DNA of 32,000 nt, from contig OZ252021.1 in NCBI GenBank assembly GCA_965247685.1, forward strand, positions 450,001-482,000, given 5' to 3'. Positions 16,368 to 24,301 of the stretch are shown in pieces (the first letter of the stretch is position 1; the number at the start of each line of letters is the position of its first letter). This stretch comes from Bdellovibrionales bacterium. GTDB lineage: Bacteria; Bdellovibrionota; Bdellovibrionia; Bdellovibrionales; UBA1609. The notes under the pieces are model-generated. The model was not told where the DNA came from and ran no database searches. It saw nothing but the letters and a program-made list of their open reading frames with translations. The position numbers and the translations under genes were made by a program.

Positions 16368-17435
16368 ATGGCTAAGTGGATTTACTTACACAATCTCGAT
16401 CCTTTTATTTTCTCATGGTCTGAAACCGCAGGCATTCGTTGGTACGGTATGGCCTACATTGCAGGTATGCTTTGTGGTCATTGGTTTATGCTTCATCTCC
16501 TCAAAAAAAACCGCACACCTTTATCTAAAAAAGATATTTCAAACTTTGTGACTTTTATTATTTGTGGCGTATTAATTGGAGGACGCCTCGGTTTTTGCAC
16601 CTTTTATCAGCCAGAGTTGTGGCTGCAATGGAGCTCTTCTTTTCCTTTCTGGGGTGTTTTAGAGGTGCATAAAGGGGGTATGGCGAGTCACGGTGGCATC
16701 ATAGGACTTTTTGTTGCTTCATGGCTTTTTGCTTACAAAAAAAGATATTCTCTTTTACATTTGTTGGACTTAACTATTTTTGGAGGAGCCACAGGCATTA
16801 TTTTTGGAAGAATTGCAAACTTCATCAATGGAGAACTCTACGGGCGAGTGGTTGAAAGTTTTACTTTATGGGGAGTTCAATTTCCAAATGAAATAACTTC
16901 TTGGTACTACTATTGGAATGAGGAAAAACTTCGATCTTTAAAAACGGCAGTGTCCAAGTTAAAGTCTATTAAAAATCCTTTTGGAGAAAAGGAGATTGGA
17001 GCTTCAGAAGCTATGTGGGAAGTCTTTATCTCTAACAAAGACAGGTTTACAGCAGAGATACTTTCCACCTTAAATAAAATTTTATCCTATGTTGAAAAAG
17101 GCCACCAAGAAGTTATCCTCGCTTTAAAAGAAGTCTTGCCTGTCCGACACCCCTCACAGCTTTATCAAGCCGTCCTCGAAGGATTGATCCCTCTTTTATT
17201 GGTGCTTGTTATATGGAGAAAACCCAGAAAGTCGGGATGGATTGCGGGGATTTGGGGCATCTCTTATTTTGTTATGCGCATCGTGGGTGAACAGTTTAGA
17301 GAACCAGATGCTTATATCGGTACAGACCTTCTAGGGTTGACTCGTGGTCAGTGGCTCAGTGTATTGGGATTAGTAGCGGTGGGAAGCTATGTGTTTTTCC
17401 TTTATAAAAATCGCAAAAACTTAGACTCTTATTAA
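16368..17435 (+). CDS. lgt: Prolipoprotein diacylglyceryl transferase
   Basis: 355 aa with IRWYGMAYIAG, GGMASHGGIIG, GRIANFINGELYGR and RHPSQLYQAVLEG. The segment between GELYGR and RHPSQLY is 99 aa here, longer than I recall for E. coli Lgt. Confidence 0.88.
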   Translation: MAKWIYLHNLDPFIFSWSETAGIRWYGMAYIAGMLCGHWFMLHLLKKNRTPLSKKDISNFVTFIICGVLIGGRLGFCTFYQPELWLQWSSSFPFWGVLEVHKGGMASHGGIIGLFVASWLFAYKKRYSLLHLLDLTIFGGATGIIFGRIANFINGELYGRVVESFTLWGVQFPNEITSWYYYWNEEKLRSLKTAVSKLKSIKNPFGEKEIGASEAMWEVFISNKDRFTAEILSTLNKILSYVEKGHQEVILALKEVLPVRHPSQLYQAVLEGLIPLLLVLVIWRKPRKSGWIAGIWGISYFVMRIVGEQFREPDAYIGTDLLGLTRGQWLSVLGLVAVGSYVFFLYKNRKNLDSY

Positions 17436-17479
17436 TTTTTTTCCTTTATAAAAATCGCAAAACCTTAGATTTTTATCAA
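17394..17479 (+). repeat. Tandem duplication (period 44 bp) of the lgt 3' end, including its stop codon
   Basis: 17394-17435 (tttttcctttataaaaatcgcaaaaacttagactcttattaa) is repeated at 17438-17479 with 38/42 identities and no indel. Confidence 0.9.
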
Positions 17480-17739
17480 GCTAGTGGTAAGTTGGTGTTG
17501 TATTTAATAAGGTGAAAATTAGGAAATCTAGAGTTGGAAAATTTTATCTTAGATAGTGCAATTTTTTTTGAGAAATAATATGAGCACACCATCAAAATGA
17601 CTCAAAATAAAACACTAAAACATCAAATATCTTCGTTTTTTAAACCAAAAAATGGAAATAGAATATGGATAAGAAACTTAAAGGAAAAAGAGGAAGTAGC
17701 CGATAAAACTCAAGGGAGTTTTTCCTAGGGAGTCCTTTT

Positions 17740-19485
17740 ATGAGAAATAAACTGTTACTTATTCTACTATTCTTACCATTTGTTTCTTTATCTGAAGAAC
17801 CATGTTCTAATGACGAACTTATTAGACACAGAAAAGACCGTCAAACAAAGTTAACTGAAATGAGAAACCTTAAAATTGAAGCAATGGAAGCAGAAGAAGA
17901 TGATCGTGAAGAGGATCGTGAAGAGAATCCTTTAGATAAAGTACGAGAGTTATTAGATGAATGTATAGATTTTGAAACACAAATGAATGACTGTCGAGTC
18001 GACATAGCCAATCAAGGAGAAGGAGAACCAATATCTGTTGATTTGAGCAAGCAATGTCAAAATACGTATGACGAAATTAAGGATGAACTAGAAACAAGAG
18101 AAGAAAGGTTAATAAAAGAGGAAGAAAGAAAAACAGAGCAAGATCAAGCAGAAAGGGAAGCTATAGAAAAAAAACAGCAATTACTTCAAGAAAGATGCAA
18201 TGATGCTTATAATGAAGCCAAAAGAGAAAGGGACCAAATTGAAAAAAACGTTCAACGATTACAACAAGAGCTTGATAAAGTAGAGGATGCTATTTTAAAA
18301 GCCAATTCTGCGATCGCCACATCCGAAGATCGATTTAGGCAAAGCTTATTAAACAAAAAACAACAATACCGAAAAGAAACAGACCGAAAAGAAACTGAAA
18401 TAAGAGAACGTAAATTCGAGAAGAAGGAAAAAGAAAGACAGGCTATTAAAGACATTAGAAAATTAGAACAGATTAAAATAGAATTAGTCCATGCTCTTGG
18501 TCAAGCAGGAGAGGTTATACGAAATATCTGCTCCGATCGATTCCAAAAATATGTCGATACTTCAAGGGATTGCCACAATCTTGCCCTTCAAAATACTAAA
18601 AAAGAAAGGGATAATTTTTTTACAAAAATTGAATCAGGAGAATACCAAGCAGCTAGCCTTTCCACTCTTTTTAGCTTCGACCGTAAAAATACAATCAAAC
18701 GATGGAGAAATCGAATCCAAGAATTACATCAAGAATGTTATATAAACAGAGTAGGAGAAAATTTACCTACTAAAGGTCAAAAGTTAAAAGTACAAGTTTC
18801 TTGTGATGTAGCCACATTAGAAAAAAGAAAAGAAGATTGTGAGAAAATTCAAGATAACAGCCTTTTATGCCCTCAAAGTCCTATGGCAATAGGAATTGAG
18901 TTGGAAACTTTAAATAAACTTAAAAGTCAGAAGAAACTCTTAGAAACTACAAACAGGAGACTTAAGGATGCTGAAGAAAATTTAACACTCGGAAATGAAG
19001 AAATAATAGCTCAAAAATCAGAAATAGAAAAAAGAATCAAACAGGCTGAAAGACAATTTGAAAAGCTAAAGGAAAAACGTGACGAAGAAATTCAATTTGA
19101 AAACAATAAACTCACTAAAGCTCGTCATGACAATAGAAATAAAATTTTAAACCTAGAAAAAAAGAAAATAAGACTCCTTTCACAAGATCCTACAAGACAC
19201 TTTGAAGAAACTATATGGACTGCAAAATCTGCCTGTTGCACCCAGCTTCCAACTACTACTACTGCTTCATCAGAACACCAAGAATTTCAAACAGTGTTAG
19301 CAGGGCTCCAACAATTCAGTCAATCCGAATGCCAATATCTGAAAGCATACCTCAATGAGGCTTCCCGTTGGCAATTTATCTCAGTTCAAAATTTAGACCA
19401 CCTAAATTTAGACCACCTAACTTTAGACCGCCTAAAAGAAACCTCAGAAAAAATACCTAAACGACGAGATTCCCGTGGAATATAG
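17740..19485 (+). CDS. Secreted, Glu/Lys/Arg-rich coiled-coil protein with 14 Cys; no recognisable family
   Basis: 581-aa ORF with signal peptide MRNKLLLILLFLPFVSLS/EE. It has long heptad-like charged stretches, an even Cys count and a Thr-rich patch (CCTQLPTTTTASS). The C-terminus carries an NLDHL x3 repeat and the gene ends in a double stop TAGTAG. Confidence 0.7.
   Translation: MRNKLLLILLFLPFVSLSEEPCSNDELIRHRKDRQTKLTEMRNLKIEAMEAEEDDREEDREENPLDKVRELLDECIDFETQMNDCRVDIANQGEGEPISVDLSKQCQNTYDEIKDELETREERLIKEEERKTEQDQAEREAIEKKQQLLQERCNDAYNEAKRERDQIEKNVQRLQQELDKVEDAILKANSAIATSEDRFRQSLLNKKQQYRKETDRKETEIRERKFEKKEKERQAIKDIRKLEQIKIELVHALGQAGEVIRNICSDRFQKYVDTSRDCHNLALQNTKKERDNFFTKIESGEYQAASLSTLFSFDRKNTIKRWRNRIQELHQECYINRVGENLPTKGQKLKVQVSCDVATLEKRKEDCEKIQDNSLLCPQSPMAIGIELETLNKLKSQKKLLETTNRRLKDAEENLTLGNEEIIAQKSEIEKRIKQAERQFEKLKEKRDEEIQFENNKLTKARHDNRNKILNLEKKKIRLLSQDPTRHFEETIWTAKSACCTQLPTTTTASSEHQEFQTVLAGLQQFSQSECQYLKAYLNEASRWQFISVQNLDHLNLDHLTLDRLKETSEKIPKRRDSRGI
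17902..17925 (+). repeat. Perfect 12-bp in-frame tandem duplication (gatcgtgaagag x2; DREE-DREE)
   Basis: Read directly from the sequence inside the coiled-coil gene. Confidence 0.9.
18368..18397 (+). repeat. 15-bp in-frame tandem duplication (accgaaaagaaac[ag/tg] x2; RKETD-RKETE)
   Basis: 14/15 identity between adjacent units inside the coiled-coil gene. Confidence 0.9.
19391..19435 (+). repeat. 15-bp in-frame tandem repeat x3 (atttagaccacctaa; NLDHL-NLDHL-TLDRL)
   Basis: Units at 19391-19405, 19406-19420 (identical) and 19421-19435 (2 mismatches), at the 3' end of the coiled-coil gene. Confidence 0.9.
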
Positions 19486-19543
19486 TAGAATATTTTAAGA
19501 ACAAAACGTAAAAGAATATAGTGTGTAAAAAGGCCTGCGAAGA

Positions 19544-19573
19544 GGGAAGGTTTTCAAGAAAATCCCGTTTTTA
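19544..19573 (+). terminator. Candidate weak intrinsic terminator downstream of the coiled-coil gene
   Basis: GGGA-agg-TTTT-caag-AAAA-TCCC hairpin followed by GTTTTTA. The stem is A/T-rich and bulged. Confidence 0.3.
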
Positions 19574-19653
19574 TACAGGTGGGTGTAACAGTGACAACTT
19601 TAGGCTTCCTGCTGTTAAAAAACACAGGCTTGCACACCATCGCCAGAGGCTAC

Positions 19654-19685
19654 TCCCTACTTTTTGATTGTAGGGATTTCTTTCC
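19654..19685 (+). terminator. Second hairpin plus T-rich tail (terminator-like; could end a short transcript)
   Basis: tccctac (19654-19660) / gtaggga (19670-19676), 9-nt loop, followed by tttctttcc. Confidence 0.3.
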
Positions 19686-19740
19686 AACCTCACCCCAAGC
19701 AAGCTTCCTGAGATATAACACGAAAATAGAAAATATAAAA

Positions 19741-19770
19741 GAAAATTTAAACCAGGAAAATTTAAACCAG
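19741..19770 (+). repeat. Perfect 15-bp tandem repeat x2 (gaaaatttaaaccag), 47 nt upstream of xseA
   Basis: Read directly from the sequence. It shares the core AAATTTA[A/G]ACCA with the 19391-19435 repeat (11/15 positions). Confidence 0.9.
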
Positions 19771-19816
19771 TCTGGCGGTTGACTATTTAAAGCCTTTAAG
19801 AGTAACTCATTAAAAT

Positions 19817-21007
19817 ATGCACAAAAAATCGACTTTATTTCGCGTTGGTGAAATCACTAAAAATATTCGACATTTTCTAGAAACTCAATTTTCTCATATT
19901 GGTGTGCGGGGAGAAATCTCTAGTTTTACCCGTCACTCCTCAGGGCATTGGTATTTCACCCTCAAAGACATGGATAGCCAGATGTCTGTCGTGATGTTTC
20001 GAAGCTCTAATCAAAATACCCCTCCACCTCAAGTGGGAGAGGAGGTGATTGCATGGGGGCGTATTACCGTATACGAGCCTCGTGGAAACTATCAACTCCT
20101 TGCTCAAAAATTAGAAAAAGTAGGAGATGGAGTATTACAAAAAAACTTTGAACTCATTAAGGAAAAACTTAAAAAAGAAGGTCTTTTTGAACGAAAAAAA
20201 GCTCTTCCTTTTCTTCCTCAACATATTGCAGTCATCACTGCTCCCAGTGGAGCAGCTCTTCGTGACGTATTAAATGTTCTTCAACGTCGGTCGAAAAGCA
20301 TTCGTGTCACTCTTGTTCCAGCACTTATGGAGGGAAAAGACTCCGCCGTGTCAGTCCAGCTCGCATTAAAACAATCATGGAAACTTAAAAATTTAGATCT
20401 TATTTTGATCACAAGGGGAGGAGGAAGTGCTGAGTCCTTATGGACTTTTAATGATGAACCCCTTGCCCGTCTAGCTTTTGAAAGCCCTGTTCCTTTAGTG
20501 AGTGCTATCGGACATGAAATTGACTTTACAATTATGGATTTTGTAGCAGATTTGAGAGCTCCAACTCCTTCGGCAGCTGCCGAATTGATTTCTCAAAACA
20601 GTGTAGAGCTGTTAGAAAAAATTCAAGATAAAAAACAAACTCTGAGAAAGCTTATGATAAAAAATCTACAACAATATAAAAAAGATATTCTTCAATATTA
20701 TCGAGTGCTTGCTGCTCCAGTTTCTAAAATCGAAGATGCATTACTCAAATGTGACGATTATTCCTCTCGTATAGCTCGTTATTTACAAAACTCTCTAGAA
20801 TCTAAAAAACAACAACTTGAAAAATCAAAGGAAATACTTCATCAATTGAACCCTTTACAAATTATGAAAAGAGGGTACTCTTTAGTTTTTAAAAAGAACC
20901 AAATTATTCATCAATCGAGCCAGCTTAAAAGTAAAGATATGGTTCAAATTCAATTTTTTAAAGGTGCAGTGCAAGCACAAGTTATTAAAAAAGGAGAAGT
21001 GTCATGA
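19817..21007 (+). CDS. xseA: Exodeoxyribonuclease VII large subunit
   Basis: 396 aa with an N-terminal OB-fold region (GEISSFTRHSSGHWYFTLKD), then ITAPSGAALRD, RGGGS and GHEIDFT motifs. It overlaps xseB by 4 nt. Confidence 0.9.
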   Translation: MHKKSTLFRVGEITKNIRHFLETQFSHIGVRGEISSFTRHSSGHWYFTLKDMDSQMSVVMFRSSNQNTPPPQVGEEVIAWGRITVYEPRGNYQLLAQKLEKVGDGVLQKNFELIKEKLKKEGLFERKKALPFLPQHIAVITAPSGAALRDVLNVLQRRSKSIRVTLVPALMEGKDSAVSVQLALKQSWKLKNLDLILITRGGGSAESLWTFNDEPLARLAFESPVPLVSAIGHEIDFTIMDFVADLRAPTPSAAAELISQNSVELLEKIQDKKQTLRKLMIKNLQQYKKDILQYYRVLAAPVSKIEDALLKCDDYSSRIARYLQNSLESKKQQLEKSKEILHQLNPLQIMKRGYSLVFKKNQIIHQSSQLKSKDMVQIQFFKGAVQAQVIKKGEVS

Positions 21008-21249
21008 AGAAAAACACTAAAACTAACTTTGAAAGTAAGATGAAAGAGCTTGAGCAAATTGTTCAAAAAATGAGTCAAAGCACTCTTCCTTTAGACGAAT
21101 CCGTTCAGCTTTTTGAAAAAGGTATGTCTATTTCAAAAGACTGCGCTCAAGAACTCAATAAAGCTCAACAGAAAGTACAAAAAATTATCAATTCCAACAC
21201 TGAAGAAGATTTAGAACTGGAAGATCTCGCTTTACCTTCGAATGACTGA
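21004..21249 (+). CDS. xseB: Exodeoxyribonuclease VII small subunit
   Basis: 81 aa with FESKMKELEQIVQKM...LPLDESVQLFEKG, typical of XseB. ATGA overlap with xseA. Confidence 0.85.
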   Translation: MKKNTKTNFESKMKELEQIVQKMSQSTLPLDESVQLFEKGMSISKDCAQELNKAQQKVQKIINSNTEEDLELEDLALPSND

Positions 21250-22093
21250 AATCACCATGAAAAAAAATCTTTCATTTCTTTCAGAATTATCTCAAGAACT
21301 CAGGGAGTTTGAAGATTTTTTAGAAAAATATATAGAAGATCACTTTTTAAAAGAAAATAAACAAGGACTCAAAGAACTTACAGACTCTATTCGCTACACT
21401 TTATTTTCTTCTTGTAAAAGATTTCGTCCTACACTAGCTATCAGCACCTGCAAAACAATCGGCATACCTTATACTAAATGTTTTCCATTGGCGGCAGCTT
21501 TAGAGTTAATCCACACCGCCTCTTTAATCCACGATGATCTACCAGCAATGGATGATGATTCCATTCGAAGAGGAAAACCCTCTAACCATATTGCGTTTCA
21601 AGAAGATATAGCTCTACTAGCTGGTGATAGTTTACTCATTGAACCTTTTTATCTTCTGACTCACTATCAACAAGATAGAGAACTCATTCAGCAGGTGGCT
21701 CAAGCCACTTCCTTAAGAGGAATGATCGGAGGACAAGCTCTTGATTTACGTTTTCAACCTCAAAGTTTAATGAAAATTTACGAAATGAAAACAGGAGCCT
21801 TGATTCAAACAGGTGTCACAGGATGCCTCACTTTAACTTCCACACCCTATCAATATCAAAAAGCCCTCACGACTTATGCTTATTATCTAGGCCAGTCCTT
21901 TCAACTGGCTGACGACATTGAAGACTTTCACTCCAAAGAAAAGTCTAATATCTCACAAACAATGGATAAAAAACAAGCTTTGAAACAACTTGAAGAGTGG
22001 ACTCAAATCAGCTTAGACTCTATAAAAAATATGGAAGCACCTTTATTAAAAAGAATTGCTTTATTCAATCAAAATCGAGTATTAAGGTCGTAG
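21242..22093 (+). CDS. ispA: (2E,6E)-farnesyl diphosphate synthase-type short-chain polyprenyl diphosphate synthase
   Basis: 283 aa with first Asp-rich motif LIHDDLPAMDDDSIRRG and second motif FQLADDIED. It shows the conserved xseB-ispA synteny. The residue five before the first motif is Ala rather than the aromatic residue I recall in E. coli IspA, so chain length (C15 or C20) is uncertain. The start could instead be the ATG at 21257. Confidence 0.85.
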   Translation: MTEITMKKNLSFLSELSQELREFEDFLEKYIEDHFLKENKQGLKELTDSIRYTLFSSCKRFRPTLAISTCKTIGIPYTKCFPLAAALELIHTASLIHDDLPAMDDDSIRRGKPSNHIAFQEDIALLAGDSLLIEPFYLLTHYQQDRELIQQVAQATSLRGMIGGQALDLRFQPQSLMKIYEMKTGALIQTGVTGCLTLTSTPYQYQKALTTYAYYLGQSFQLADDIEDFHSKEKSNISQTMDKKQALKQLEEWTQISLDSIKNMEAPLLKRIALFNQNRVLRS

Positions 22094-22097
22094 CTTT

Positions 22098-22985
22098 ATG
22101 TGGCATAAAATTAATTCTAAAATTCGTTTACTCATTTATATTGGTTCATTCATTCTCATAGCCATAGGACAAACCCATTGCCAACACTTAAAGACATCCC
22201 CTCTTATGAAAAAGAAACTAAAAATCGGTTTTATCATTAGCCCTGGAGGAGCTCGAACCTTAAGTGCTATAGGAGTTTTAAAAGCTTTTGAAGAATATGA
22301 TATTCCAATTCATCATATTGTAGGTGTAGGGTGGGGAGCATGGATTGCGGCACTTTATTCTAAAAACAAAAGTCTTACAGAAGTAAGGTGGAGCTTTTAT
22401 AAACTTTCTAAATCTGGGTTTTTTGAAACTTCACTTTTAAAAAATCCTTTGAAACCCAAAAATTTATCTTCATTTCAAGAAAATATAAAAGCTAATTTTA
22501 CACCTTCAGTAAAAACCAAAATACCTTTTTCTTGTCCAATACTCACTCAAAGTCATAAAAAAATTTGGAAGACTCAAGCTTTTCTTAAAAATGCTGTCCA
22601 AAATTGTATAGGGCTTCCTCCATTTTTTAAAATAACAAAATTAACAAAAAGTTCCCCATTTTCCATAAGAGAGTCTATCAATTATTTAAAGAATCAAAAG
22701 ATGGACCTTGTGATTTGGGTCAACGCTTTAGGAGAAGGTTCTTTGTTTCCTAAAAATTACTCTCATTCTGATTTAGAACTTTTTTGGAATGAAATGGTCT
22801 ATATGTTTCAAAATATTGAAGATACTTCTTCTGTTTTAAAAATTTCCCCTTCTTTATCCTTATTTTCCATTGGCGATTTTTCAAAAATAGACTCGATTAT
22901 TGCCACAGGAGAAAAAGCAGGTTATGTTTTGACAAAACAGTTATATGAAAAATACCCTACTCTAAAACAAAATATATCTAAATAA
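22098..22985 (+). CDS. Patatin-like phospholipase-domain protein, probably catalytically inactive
   Basis: 295 aa with a hydrophobic N-terminus. The patatin N-terminal block is KIGFIISPGGARTLSAIGVLKAFEE (oxyanion G-G-x-R). The nucleophile elbow reads GVGWG (Gly78, nt 22329-22331) where GxSxG is expected. No DG[GA] dyad motif was seen. Confidence 0.6.
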   Translation: MWHKINSKIRLLIYIGSFILIAIGQTHCQHLKTSPLMKKKLKIGFIISPGGARTLSAIGVLKAFEEYDIPIHHIVGVGWGAWIAALYSKNKSLTEVRWSFYKLSKSGFFETSLLKNPLKPKNLSSFQENIKANFTPSVKTKIPFSCPILTQSHKKIWKTQAFLKNAVQNCIGLPPFFKITKLTKSSPFSIRESINYLKNQKMDLVIWVNALGEGSLFPKNYSHSDLELFWNEMVYMFQNIEDTSSVLKISPSLSLFSIGDFSKIDSIIATGEKAGYVLTKQLYEKYPTLKQNISK

Positions 22986-23003
22986 GAAAGAGATGAGCAT
23001 TTT

Positions 23004-24296
23004 ATGAAACAACCAGAAAATGTTAAAATATTTCAGAAAAGAAGAGAAAAACTGATTCAACAACTCAAAAAACATGAGATCATGATTCTATCCTCTCAGC
23101 CAGTCTATTATCGTCAACATGATATCCCTTTCCCCTACCGGCAAGAGAGTTATTTTTATTATTTAACAGGTTTTGAAGAATCAGATGCTTGTCTGATTCT
23201 TCAAGTTCAAAATCCTTCAAGTATTCTATTTGTACAAAAAAACTCTTCTTTAAAGGCACAATGGGATGGAGCTTGTTTCGGACCTGAAAGAGCAAAAAAA
23301 AGTTTCTTAATGGATCAATGCTATAGTATTGATCAATTTCCAAAACTCTTTCCTGAATGGATAAGAGATAAAAATTCTATTCACAGAACTCAAAATATTA
23401 ATAAAGATTTTGACAAACAGTTAAATGAGCTTATTATAAAAGTGCAAAAAAATTCTCCTCGCACTCTTATATCTTATGAAACTCACGATGCCAGAAAACT
23501 CATCGCACCTATGAGAATGATCAAAGAAGATTATGAAATTGAACAAATTCAAAAAGCTTGTGAGGTTTCCTCTCAAGCTCATATAGCAGTCATGAAAGCA
23601 TGTCGTCCTCAAATGACAGAAAGAACGTTACATGGAGTCTTTACACACTCCTTTATGAATCAAAATGCAAAAAGAGAAAGTTACACTGGAATTTTCGCTT
23701 CTGGAAAAAATGCTTTAACTCTGCATTATATCGATAATGATCAAGTATGCCAAGATGGAGAATTAATCTTAGTGGATGCGGGGGCAGAGTGGAATTATTA
23801 CGCCTCTGATATCACTCGCACTTTCCCTGTCAATGGCAAGTTTTCTCCAGCTCAAAAAACTGTGTACAATGCTGTTTTAAACATTCAAAAAACTCTCATT
23901 CAAATGATTAAACCTGACGTATCCACAACAGCGCTTCAAAATTGTGCGCTCGAAATGGTCCAAGATTTTCTTAAAGCAGAAAAAATATTCCCCGAAGTTA
24001 GCAAATCTAATGTCAAAAATGTATACCCTCATAATTTTGGGCATCTTTTAGGTTTAGATGTTCATGATGTTCAAATGTTAGAGGATAACCAAAGAAGTTT
24101 AATCTTAAAAGACAGAATGGTTTTGACTGTAGAACCAGGTCTTTATATACCTTACGATGATTGCATTCCAAGAGAGTTTCAAGGAATTGGTGTGCGAATT
24201 GAAGATGACATCTTGGTCACTCCAAATGGAGCTCGGGTTCTTTCTCATAAACTTCCTAAGGAAGTTCAAGAGATTGAAAAAATAATGGTACAGTAA
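23004..24296 (+). CDS. pepP: Xaa-Pro aminopeptidase (M24B)
   Basis: 430 aa with metal-ligand blocks VDAGAEWNYYASDITRTFP, HNFGHLLGLDVHD, TVEPGLY and GVRIEDD. Confidence 0.88.
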   Translation: MKQPENVKIFQKRREKLIQQLKKHEIMILSSQPVYYRQHDIPFPYRQESYFYYLTGFEESDACLILQVQNPSSILFVQKNSSLKAQWDGACFGPERAKKSFLMDQCYSIDQFPKLFPEWIRDKNSIHRTQNINKDFDKQLNELIIKVQKNSPRTLISYETHDARKLIAPMRMIKEDYEIEQIQKACEVSSQAHIAVMKACRPQMTERTLHGVFTHSFMNQNAKRESYTGIFASGKNALTLHYIDNDQVCQDGELILVDAGAEWNYYASDITRTFPVNGKFSPAQKTVYNAVLNIQKTLIQMIKPDVSTTALQNCALEMVQDFLKAEKIFPEVSKSNVKNVYPHNFGHLLGLDVHDVQMLEDNQRSLILKDRMVLTVEPGLYIPYDDCIPREFQGIGVRIEDDILVTPNGARVLSHKLPKEVQEIEKIMVQ

Positions 24297-24301
24297 AACT
24301 C

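Noticed and set aside
16129-16551. 140-aa plus-strand ORF spanning the maf 5' end, the spacer and the lgt 5' end
   Set aside because: It is antisense to maf and out of frame with lgt. The lgt start at 16368 has an AAGGA SD, and the Lgt N-terminal motifs begin immediately after it.
17597-17728. 43-codon ORF (MTQNKTLKHQISSFF...) in the lgt/coiled-coil spacer
   Set aside because: No SD, low-complexity composition, below any length I could support. Possibly just the 5' UTR or promoter region of the coiled-coil gene.
18252-18745. ORFs 18252-18455 (minus) and 18491-18745 (plus) inside the coiled-coil gene
   Set aside because: Alternative-frame products of a purine-rich repetitive gene, with no independent support.
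19530-19720. Attempt to identify the GC-richer spacer as SRP (4.5S) RNA, 6S RNA, a tRNA or RNase P RNA
   Set aside because: I found no SRP domain IV motif (GGAA tetraloop context with AGCAGCC-type strand), no tRNA T-loop (GGTTCGAATCC-like) and no long closing helix expected for 6S. It is kept only as an unclassified candidate in the findings.
19579-19782. 67-aa ORF from the track (GTG start) as a bona fide gene
   Set aside because: No SD, no recognisable domain, and it is the tail of a longer open frame continuous with the upstream gene's frame. More likely a relic or non-coding. See the findings.
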